Shown one piece after another: positions 23,151 to 33,788 of a stretch of DNA of 64,000 nt. The DNA is from Antedon mediterranea. Its lineage: Eukaryota > Animalia > Echinodermata. Below the pieces are notes generated by a model. The model was not told the origin of the DNA. It did not search any database and was given only the letters and a program-made list of their open reading frames with translations. The first letter of the stretch is position 1. Each line of letters opens with the position of its first letter. Position numbers and translations under genes: made by a program. Where the stretch lies: assembly GCF_964355755.1 (NCBI RefSeq), contig NC_092675.1:9419812-9483811 (forward strand), given 5' to 3'.

Positions 23151-23340
23151 ATCTATATATAAATTTACGTAAGGGCAAAATGTTTACTCGATGGTATATA
23201 AAGTTGGTTCATACTTTCGGTACTGATTTTAACCACCTGATGTACAGTAACCCTGTTTACTAATTAAATTGAGTTCGATAATTAGTTATTGACGATTAAA
23301 ACGAGTTTAGGTTCAACGATTTGCCCTAAATAGGGGTGTA
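23151..23340 (+). repeat. Dispersed repeat with a Helitron-like 5' end (A|TCTATATA); second copy inverted at ~30776-30974
   Basis: About 190 bp align as reverse complement with 30776-30974, and both copies end at the same TC. Confidence 0.6.
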
Positions 23341-23424
23341 TTGCCGTTTTACGATCCTCACAGCAGTACGTCATGTTATGCAGTTTCAACCAATCACGTT
23401 CACATATTTGCATAGGCTATGTAA

Positions 23425-23710
23425 TATTACACACTATGGCATCTTCTAGCTTGATTTATATAAAGTGGGTGTAATTGTGTACTAAAGGTGCTGCCAGTGC
23501 TATAGGATGTTGTGGCAATCAACAATAAAGTAAACAGAATAATAAAAAAAAATATAATATTCCAAGTATCGATCTAATCTCATAAAAACAATGGAATTTA
23601 ACTGGAATACCGTTTTGTAGAATAATCTTGTGGTTTGGCAATGCATGCACAAATGACTTAAAGGAAAAGGGGATTTAAATGGTGTTGCTTATCATCATTA
23701 TTGCCCTACA
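23425..23710 (+). repeat. Orphan duplicate of the cluster upstream region (remnant of a fourth gene unit)
   Basis: Aligns with 26552-26585 plus 27104-27312 upstream of copy 2, and more weakly with ~33340-33500 upstream of copy 3. Confidence 0.8.
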
Positions 23711-24742
23711 TTACGTGTACAGCCCCATTAGAGAATGTGTTCATTTTTACCCAAAGTTTTTCAAAACTTTGGGTAAATGTCACTTAACCTCCTACTGTGA
23801 CATGTGTTTATATAAGTCCAACTTTGATAGGCAGGTCGTTAAACCTTTTAATCATTGGGTCCGTTCGGACGGGGCTGAAACTACCGTGTACTTCCAACTG
23901 TGAGGTCGCGTGTGGCAATTAACTTACGCCTCTGGCTATAAAAAATTATAAAACCATGTCTGGACGAAAAATCTACCAACTTTACTGGTTATTTCAATCC
24001 CATTCCAATTACACGCTGCCTCGGGGTATAATTAATCAAGCGTTAACGGGGTTATGTCAAATCGCGACCTCAAATAAGCTTTCTGATTGGTCATTTCATT
24101 GTGGTAAACAACCGGGTCAGAGGCCATTTCTTATCAGGGCTTTTTTGCCGTACCCACCCTATTTTTATTTTTCGTTTGTGTTTACTACTAGTTGGAGCAG
24201 TACATATTTTAGGCCTAGGCCCTTCTTGTTGAAGCATTGCTTCTCTACACGCCGCAAGCGTCACGACTAGCCGCTCTTGGCCGTGTGTATGCAGCCTTTG
24301 TAGTAGGCCTAGGTAATCATCATCATCATTGTCTTGCCATCCAAATTCGAATCCACTATGCCTAGGTTGGAATACATCGTCCATCATTAGTATAAAAGCC
24401 GTCAACAAACAACATACGTTAGCAGGATTTTCGATCATTATTCAGTTAAAAAGTAAATTGTATTCGATTATTGTAAATATATAGTCTGGTTGTCGATTGA
24501 AAAATAATAATTGAACGATTCGCGCGCGAAACGACAGTGTAATATCCGGTTGAATTTGTCAACACGCCATGTCAATTGATATGGGTCGACGCAGAGAGGG
24601 CGCTTTTTGACCTAAGAATTCCGATCTTAATTGGTTTCGTGTCAGCTTACCGGTACTTTGTTTATTCGTACGAACGTCGTATGGGTTTTACCCCAAGTAC
24701 TTGGAGTGGTAGCCAAGCATCATAACCACCAAGCCACAACTC

Positions 24743-25593
24743 ACTGTCTAATTGAGTTGTTATTGCATCAACATGTTAGCCTTGACCGCTTTTACGGCAA
24801 ATGGTAGAGTAGGTCAAGGGTGATCGGTTCATACCAAAATATTTTGAAAAAAATAAGTATGTCAAGTGTTATAACGTTCGTGAAGCCAGTTACTTATTTG
24901 CCGTAGAGGGCGTAGACGCAAAAAAGTTTGCGGAACTGGGGTGGCAAATGGTTAAGTAGGTCAAGGGTGATCGATCCATACCTAAAAATGTTGAAAAAAT
25001 TAAGTAGGTCAAGTGTTATAACGTTCGTAAAAGCCAGTTACTTATTCGCCGTAGATGGCGTAGATACAAAATCGTTCGCGGAACTGGAGTGGCAAATGGT
25101 AAAGTAGGTCAAGGGTGATCGATTCATAGCAAAATATTTTGAAAAAAATAAGTAGGTCAAGTGTTATAACGTTCGTAAAGCCAGTTACTTATTCGCCGTT
25201 AAGGGCGTAGACACAAAAAAGTTCGCGGAACTTGAGTGGCAAATGGTAGAGTAGGTCAAGGGTGATTGAGCCATACCAAAATATTTTGAAAAAATTAAGT
25301 AAGTCAAGTTTTATAACGTTCGTGAAGCCAGTTACTTATTCCCCGTAGAGGGCGTAGACACAAAATTGTTCGCGGAACTGGGGTGGCAAATGTTAGAGTA
25401 GGTCAAGGGTCATCGATCTATACCAAAATATTTTGAAAATATTAAGTAGATCTAGTGTTATAACGTTCGTAAAAGCTAGTTACTTATTCGCTGTAGAGGG
25501 CGTAAATGCATAAAATGTTATTGAACTTTGACCGGAAGAAGTAGAGGAAGTCAAGGCTAACATGTTGATGCAATAACAACTCAATTAGACAGT
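24743..25593. mobile_element. Inverted-repeat-bounded element carrying ~5 tandem 147-bp units
   Basis: Perfect ~44-bp inverted repeat ACTGTCTAATTGAGTTGTTATTGCATCAACATGTTAGCCTTGAC at both ends. Units start at 24796, 24943, 25091, 25238, 25385. No clear TSD. Confidence 0.85.
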
Positions 25594-25791
25594 TATTACG
25601 TGTTAAAATCTGGTTTTTTTTAAATATTTGTGACTGTCCCTTTAATTGAATTTGAATAAGGAACTAGGAACTAGTAACCAACTTCACAGACATTCAGAAG
25701 ATTCCACCCAAAATATACAGTGTGGATTGGATTTCATGTCAGTAGGCCCCTACTGTAATATGCAAACTATGGGCTGCGAAACATATTTGAA

Positions 25792-25989
25792 GATGACCAA
25801 AAACGTACAGAGTTTATTTGCGTAGATGGTGCTCAATCTGTTGTGCCTGGTACAAGTAATCAATTTCCAGGAAATCAAGCCAGTACGTTGTTCCTTGTTG
25901 AGGGGAGATGCAACACAGAAGGTGGTGGACTGCCTTGTTCGCCTTATAAAGAAGGTTCTGAGCTACCTTGTGTAGTTTGTACTAGGTAA
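25792..25989 (+). pseudogene. 3' fragment of exon 4 of the C4/NC1-like gene (copy-1 type)
   Basis: Encodes DDQKRTEFICVDGAQSVVPGTSNQFPGNQASTLFLVEGRCNTEGGGLPCSPYKEGSELPCVVCTR*, near-identical to 21881-22078. No upstream exons. Confidence 0.92.
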
Positions 25990-26589
25990 TAAAACCAATA
26001 TTTACAAACGTAACAATATATGAAAACCTTTCAGTTCATTAAAACAACCCTTCATGTTCTGTACCACACTAGGCACGTTCACATAAGATTTTATCATGCT
26101 TACGTATCGTGATATTTAATATCACGTTAATATATGCATACTAAATATATTAATACTAAATTTAGTTTAATTATGATATGCTTGTGAAAATATGATTTCA
26201 TTAAACCGCAAAATTTGTTATTGTGCATTGTGAAAAGCTAATCACATCGATTCCTCTGAAAAATGTACGTAGTTAGATGAAATTGAGGTCAAGATAAATA
26301 ATGCTAAGGAAAGAATAGATAAATATTAAAAGACTCTGATAAAATCAATAGGTTATAAGCATGATAATGCATACAACCTATTAAATAAGTAATATAAATG
26401 TGTACTTGTTTGGTTTCAATCTTAAAAAATAAAAGGTGAAATGTTTATTGAAATAAAATGTTAACAATACAATTGTAAAGAGGCTGGTTTTACTTTTGAA
26501 ATGATTTTTTTGGGTTTTTTTTGGAGTAGTGGAAGGGCAGAAAGGATTCACATTACACACTACGGTATCTTCTAGCTTGATTTATTGAT

Positions 26590-27100
26590 GGGACGATTCG
26601 GTCAACTTTTGGGCCAAAACATCCCACTTTGTGGGGCCGAAACGTCTCACATTTAGACAAAATTCATATTCATTTTTTTTGGTATTTATCAAGTTTTTAA
26701 AGGTGTTTAACAATCTGTATTTTATTGATATTGACAATGTTGATATAATATATAAAACAATGACTAAAAAAACGTAATTTTATATTCAATTTATTACTTC
26801 GAAAACTTTGTTTATTTTGTGCATTCGCCAAGCGGCCAACAGAGGGCGTAACTTGTTTACATCGTTCGCGTGACTAAATAATAATAATTTTCGACAATGT
26901 TTTCAAAATATTTGCTTATATTGCATATCCCTAGTAGTACTGCCTCATAGTCTCTCTGAAAACAAAAATTGGGAGGAAAAAAAATTATTTTATGCTTATA
27001 AAATGCAATATCAAAGCCAATAAATTTAAGTGTGCCGAATCGTCTCAGGGCCGATTTATCCCCGGGCCGAATCATCTCAGGGCCGAATCGTCCCGCTACC
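26590..27100. mobile_element. MITE with GGCCGAA subterminal repeats upstream of copy 2
   Basis: GGGACGATTCGG / CCGAATCGTCCC inverted ends. Absent from the paralogous region at ~23455-23475. Confidence 0.7.
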
Positions 27101-27577
27101 TAAAATTGTGTATTAAGGTGCTGCTATATGATGATGTAAACAGAATAATAACAAAAAATATAATATTCCAAGTATCGATCTAATCTCATAAAAACAATAG
27201 AATTTAACCGGAATACCATTTTGTAGAATAATCTTGTGGTTTGGCAATGGATAAACAAGTGACCCAAAGGAAAAGGGAATTTAAATTGTGTTGCTTATCA
27301 TCATCATTGCCTTTATTTGATAATGTTTTAAGAAGGAAGCTATCTTCAGCATACAAAAGAGCATTAAAGTACAATCATATACACACTAGCTATACTAAAA
27401 CACATTTTGACCCGACGATTTGTATAGGCAGGAAGTTGTTCCTATAAAAGAGAAAATGTAGTTAAAAAGTAACACATTCAGTTGTGCATGTCAGCTAATT
27501 AAACAAGAAGTAGGGTACTGACGTACTGTACAGTATTCCAAGGCTAAAAATTTAACGCATTATATACATGAGAAATC

Positions 27578-30500
27578 ATGACGGAGATGAAAGCCAACGG
27601 TATGGATATTTCTCTGGTAATGGACAGTGAGCGGGAACTTCGCAGCCGTATAGTTCAGATGCGTAAACTCGTCAACATTTCACTTGGCCTTGCAATTGTA
27701 TGTACAGTTTTACTATGTATAGTAATACCAACTTTATGTAGCATCATTGGGTCAGATAAAGCACGTATAGATCACCTGACAAGAAATGAAGTAAGTACTG
27801 TATATGAGGCTACAAGAGCCAACAAATAGTTTGGACAACATAAAGTTGTTGCACACCGTTTTGTAATTACCAAACAATGAAGACGATAAACATTTTTTGG
27901 GTGTATTTTTTTTTATTTCAGGAACAAATTTTAAAGTTATCAACTTCTGGAGATTACATTTCAAGCAATGGTTCACAAAAGAAAGGTAAGTCTGAGTCAA
28001 AAAAGCACTGTGGATTCACACAATAAAAATGGTACAAAAATGGTTTCACTTGTAAAATAACACATCTCAGTGATATAAAATAAGAATTGAGAGGATTTTG
28101 CCCAAAATATACAGTGTGGCTTTCATATGTCAGTGCTGTTAATTATGTAAATAAATTTGTCCATTTCAATTTTTTTTAAACATCAATTGAAATCATTAAA
28201 TTTTTTGTTAACCTTGTATTTTTACAAGGTCGTGTCCACAGGTGGTTCTCGAATACACAGTAATTTCAGCATAAAAAAACTGGCGATTTCAAATGTACGT
28301 ACCGCAGGACTATAGTACATTGTCGATATTTTATGTAGTCAACTAAAATTAGCACCCTGAGAATTAGGCCTACTTCCGAAGGAGAAACTTGTCTTAAAAA
28401 TAAGTCCAAATTATTTATTTGAACTCATTTAAACAAACCCAATTTTTGTTTTGTATATAACATTAGAGTTGAGGGATGGGGAAGAGGATGGGAATAACAA
28501 TTTTTGAATATATTCTCTATCCACGAAATATTGTTTTAAATGTATTATAGGTCTATCAATAATATACCACTAAACACAGTAAAACATTTACGATTTAATA
28601 CTTTTTTTAAAATGCCCCTGTTATAGTTGATTGAAATAGTAAAGTAGGCCTACATGTAACGATACACCACTACGACGTTTATATTTTTAAAATATTATTA
28701 ATTAATAAAATAGTTGAGAAGAAACTGTGTCAGTAATAAAGTTTTTATTAGGTGATCATTTAGAATAAAATGATCACCTATTGTTATTGTATGAAATCTT
28801 ATTATTTGTTACTTTCTGTACAGATTTTGTGTGTCAATTACCTCAAAAAGTTGAATGGCAATGATCACAAAAATTTCACAATGTCTTTCTAATACTTTCA
28901 CTTAGTCCTAATAAGCTTGTCAGCGCGATCATATTTGTGAAATCGCATTATCAATCATACAGTATCTCCATAATTCATTATCACATATTAATGAAATTCA
29001 CTACACGTAAACTTCAGGTCAAGGGTAAAAATATTAGCAAATAAAAACGTACGCGCACGTAGGGTCATGCGCGTGAAATCGCGCGTTAAAAATTTAAAAA
29101 GCTCAAAATTAAGTTTTGATAAATTTAGGGCATGAATTGGGCCATTTGCGTGTTTCAAAATATTACTGTCGCATTCTACTCACAATCCTTAGTACATTCA
29201 CCGTTTTTGAGTTAATTCCGACATAAAATAACGTACGCTATACGTCAAAAATTACAAAATGCGCAAATTAATTGCACAAAAGTGCTGAAAATGGTAAAAA
29301 ATAAGGCATTTTTAAAATGAAAATAATTCTTCAGAATGCATGATGACCCCTATTTTTTTATATTTATTCTGGAAGCCATTGAGTTGTAGATATGAATTCA
29401 TTCACACATTTGACGTACAAAATGTTGTGACGTCATCAAATGGCCACTTCAATTTAAAAATTAGAATTTTTTTATCTTTTTTTGTATGTTAACACATTCA
29501 ATAGTGCGTATCTCCGTTATTTGAGCCCGATTTTTACTCAATTTTCAGTATGTGCTTGCTATATTAATTATCTTTATCATAAGATGCCACCATTTTCATT
29601 ATGATGACGTCATCAGGCGTAAAAACTTAAATAACGTGGGTCAAGTAATTTCACCTTCAGCGTATATTTGAATATCTCACAGCTCTTCAGAATTAAAGGT
29701 GACCTTCATGATTTTAATTCATTGTGACAGCTGATGAAATGTAGATATGAATTCACATAAAAATTAAGCCTATCGGATGTTGTGACGTTGTGATATGGCC
29801 AGTTGAAGTTAATAAAACCACATATTTTTTTGCTCAATTCATTATCTTTCGAAATTGTCATCTTCAAGTTTATTTTAATTAACATCATCAAGCCAAAAAA
29901 TTAGAACATGATGTGGGTCCCGTAATTTCACCTATCCTACACTGTATATGGATATACAGTATACTGTACTATGACACATAATAGGTACAACTCAGCACTA
30001 TAAGCGTATTATCATTAAAATTATAAAAATGATCACCTACAATTCGTCAAAGTGACGAATTAAATTCTAGTTTGTATATATGTATTTATATATCCAGCAG
30101 TAGAGCCTACCCACAGTCACAGTAATAAATGTTCTTTGTATAATGTTTTTATATATCTTCGATTCAAATGGCGACCAAAAATGGTTAATACGTATTTACA
30201 ATATTGTCAAAGTATTGCAATACTACATCTCAGTTTTAAGTTTATTATCCAAGGGCCTATAAATTTACCTACTTGTGTTAAACCGGCAAGGGCTCATAAA
30301 TTTACCTACAAACCGGGAGTCTGAAGGCCCGTTCATATATTTTACAAATGTATTGATTTGCGATGAATGGAACATTCCAATCTCTCAAGTTGGGTTCATA
30401 TCGAACTTAGGGCGAGAAAAGTACTGATCTAGTTAAATTTTACGAGAGCGGTAATTCGATTAAATTCATTAAATTGCGTTCGACGGCTCATGTTAGGGCG

Positions 30501-31846
30501 AGATAACTTAAGCATCACATGCTCGCGACCCCGCCGACACAAACAGGAAGTACAGTTGAACAGGTTAGGGCCATGAAATATATCAAAATAGTTAAAGAAA
30601 ATCATCAACATTATGATACTGTACTCGAGATGTTCAACCGGTTTTCAGCTATTAAAAACAATTATCGAAGGAGGAGATAGGAAAATGCGAAGCATCCTCG
30701 TATTATTGTGTGCAGGTATTTTTCAAGAGGACATCCATTAGACAGTGTTTACCACGACCGGAAAACACCCCTATTTGGGGCAAATCGTTGAACCTAAATT
30801 TGTTTTAATTGTCAATAACTAATTATCTAACTAAATTTAATTAGTAAACAGGGTTACATCAGGTGGTTAAAATCAGTACCAAGATTCTAACCAACTTGAT
30901 ATACCATCAAGTAAACATTCTAGAAATAACACGCGTTTTACCAAATTTTGCCCTTACGTAAATTTATATATAGATTAAAGGTATTTCATAGGAATTTTAA
31001 TTACATACACCTTCAAATACAGTATCTTTATATAATGGTTGTCTGTTACTTGTTACAGTTCCTGAGTCTAAATTGACTATATTTACCCGTTGGGGGAGTG
31101 TAGATTGTCCAGGTACTGCTGAATTGATCTACAATGGTAAGTGCTCAGCTTCGCAATTCTTGAAAACAATACTAGCAAATAACAATAATGTAGTTCTATA
31201 GGATAAATGATGTGACAATCAATAAATATAGCCACGTTGTAAAAACAAGTCACTAATGTTATAATCTGATGCAAACTTGAGCCGTATTGGAGCAGATGTG
31301 AAAGAACCCTTAACCATTTAAGTACACAAAATAATCTTTACACTCTTAGGTAGGACGTCTGGGGCACCATACGGTTCAACTGGCAGTGGCGGAAACTATC
31401 TCTGCTTAACAGAAAAACCACAATACAACTTCACGGTACCATCACATCAAATAGAAAGAGGGTCAATATATGGCACGGAATACAGGTATGGAGATAGGAA
31501 GTTTAGCCCCCTATCAGACAACCATTTCCATGATGCCCCTTGTGCTGTTTGCCAAGCAGCTCGAAGTGTCACATTAATGATGCCAGCAGTTACAAAATGT
31601 CCGAACGGTTGGACTAAAGAATATGGTGGATACCTAATGGCTGGTCGCGATGATCATAAACGTACAGAGTTTATCTGTGTGGATGGTAATCAATCTGTTG
31701 TGCCTGGTACAAGTAAGATAGTTTCAATATCCCAAGCCAGTACGTTGTTCCTCGTTGAGGGGAGATGCAACACAGAAGGTGGTGGACTGCCTTGTTCGCC
31801 TTACAAAGAAGCTTTTGAGCTACCTTGTGTTGTTTGTACTAGGTAA
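27578..31846 (+). CDS. Copy 2: predicted type II membrane protein with short-chain-collagen C4/NC1-like domain, 283 aa
   Basis: Exons 27578-27790, 27922-27985, 31059-31136, 31350-31846, all GT-AG and in frame (852 nt). Hydrophobic ISLGLAIVCTVLLCIVIPTLCSIIG after RK. Motifs RWGxxxCP, LIYNG, GGNYLC, IYGTEY, PCAVC, MPA..CPNGW..EYGGYLM, ICVD, VEGRC, LPCSPY, ELPCVVCTR. Confidence 0.9.
28747..30071 (+). mobile_element. Helentron-type non-autonomous element in intron 2 of copy 2
   Basis: TAGGTGATCATT with a local inverted copy at the 5' end, AATGATCACCTA at 30028-30039, hairpin AATTCGTCA-aag-TGACGAATT, then CTAG-TT. Lies within a ~2.8-kb insertion (~28208-30974) absent from copy 1. Confidence 0.78.
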
Positions 31847-32060
31847 TATACTCAAAATAGACACTTACAATCCAAGAAGCATTTGAGCTACCTTGTGTTG
31901 TTTGTACTAGGTAATATACTCAGACACTTACAATCCAAGAAGCATTTGAGCTACCTTGTGTAGTTTGTACTAGGTAATATACTCAGACACTTACAATCCA
32001 AGAAGCATTTGAGCTACCTTGTGTAGTTTGTACTAGGTAATATACTCAAAATAGATACTT
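31806..32060 (+). repeat. Four-unit tandem repeat of the copy 2 stop-codon region (68, 63, 63 bp, partial)
   Basis: Units start at 31806, 31874, 31937, 32000. Confidence 0.95.
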
Positions 32061-32099
32061 TTATTTACAAGTGATTGTTATCAATGACAAAAACCTGCG

Positions 32100-32311
32100 A
32101 AAAAGTCTGTTTCTATTGAGCAGAAATATGGTTTTGAATACCGTTCTTTTCAAGAACGGTTTTTTCTTGTCAGCAGAAATGGGTCTCCACAAAAAAGAAC
32201 CGATCTTAAAAACGGTTTCAAACATCCCAATTAATTCTGGTCTTGATCACAAAGAACCGTTCTGAAACTGGTTTCCGTGGAGCAAAAAAGTTTTTATTTT
32301 TCCCAGTAGTG
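32100..32311 (-). mobile_element. Truncated CACTA-like end
   Basis: Minus strand begins CACTACTGGGAAAAA, followed by repeated AGAACCG/CGGTT motifs. Other end not found. Confidence 0.45.
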
Positions 32312-33788
32312 GATATCTTCCAATAGGCTTGGTTAAGGCGTGTTCAGTTTTATGAATTATATTGTAATCTTGCTACTCTAAATCTATTAATAATGACACT
32401 ATAGTTGCTTATATTTCATTTTTGTTTTCAGGACAATCCGCTGATTGTTAAAAGGGCTATATATTAATATGACAACATTAACATTCATGTATTCTTTTAC
32501 TTTTAAATCTGTATTTTCATGTTGATGCATTTTTATAAAAGAATATATCTTTTCTCCCAAGTAATTTTCTTTGAATAGAATAATTGGTTTCTCTTTTAGT
32601 CAATCAATTCTTATTAGAATGAAAATTCATCTATGTTAAAATGTTAATGTGTCAAATAATTATTTAAACTTTCTTACGATCAAAAGTTAAAATAAATATT
32701 TAATCAATTCTTATGTTTAGATGATACATTTGTACTCACTTCAGTATATATCTTTTCCATTTCTTGTGTGAGTCTGTTTTAGCAACTGGTTTGTTGTAAT
32801 AGTTTAGTCCAACAACTTACTTGAGCTTTGTGTCCTGGTAAATACAATTCATAAATTACCATAAACTACAAAAACAATGTCATGTGACATGTTACCATTT
32901 ATTTTAAAAATACTAATTATCTTTCATTACCCCTATTTTAATGGAAATTGTAAACAAATTGTTATATTCCATAAAAAATAAATAAGTAATTGTAAGTGTG
33001 ATGGTTTTAATCTTTGAAAATTAAAGCTTGAATGTTCTTGAAATAAAATGTTAACAATACAATTGCATAAGAGGCTGTGTTTACTTTTGAGCTGATATTT
33101 TTTGTTAAGAGTTGGAAAAGGGGAGAAAGATTTACTGTTTTTAAACATGTTTATGCTGCTTGTGATTTTTATAGCGAGTATAATTATGCATTGAGGTGTA
33201 TTAAAAAAAAAAAATGTTTGAACATGTTTAACAATAAAAATGTCTGGGGTCATATGTCACATTTAGGCCTACAGATTTTCAATAATCAATCAAATTATTA
33301 CTGTTGTAATATAGAATGTCATGGCAATTAGCGATATGTAACCAGAATAATAAAAAATAATAATGCATATTACATCAAATCTTATAACAATGAAATTGAT
33401 AATATAACTGGAACACCATTTGGTAGAATCTTGTGGTTTGGCAAGGAAACACAAGTGACCCAGAAGGAAAATGGGATTTAAAATGTGCTTGTTATCCCTT
33501 GATAACGTTTTTATAGATAATCAAACAATCCAGCCTGGAACCGGTAATGAGAGGAAGGAAGTTCATCCTATAAAATAGGCATTTAAAGTACAATATAACC
33601 ATTTCAATTGTATGCGTATTAGCTACTTAAACAAGAGAACTTGTACTGTATAGGAAGGCAGTTATCCTATAGAAGAAATAGGAAAAAGTACTTATAAAGT
33701 ATAACCTATCCAGTCGTGCGTAGCAAGCTAATTAAACAAGTGTGGTACATATTTAAGTCCAACAAGTAAACGCATACTAGAGAAAAAT

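Noticed and set aside
24680-24742. tRNA-like A/B-box remnants on the minus strand (also ~50325-50386)
   Set aside because: No cloverleaf; at most decayed SINE heads, too weak to annotate.
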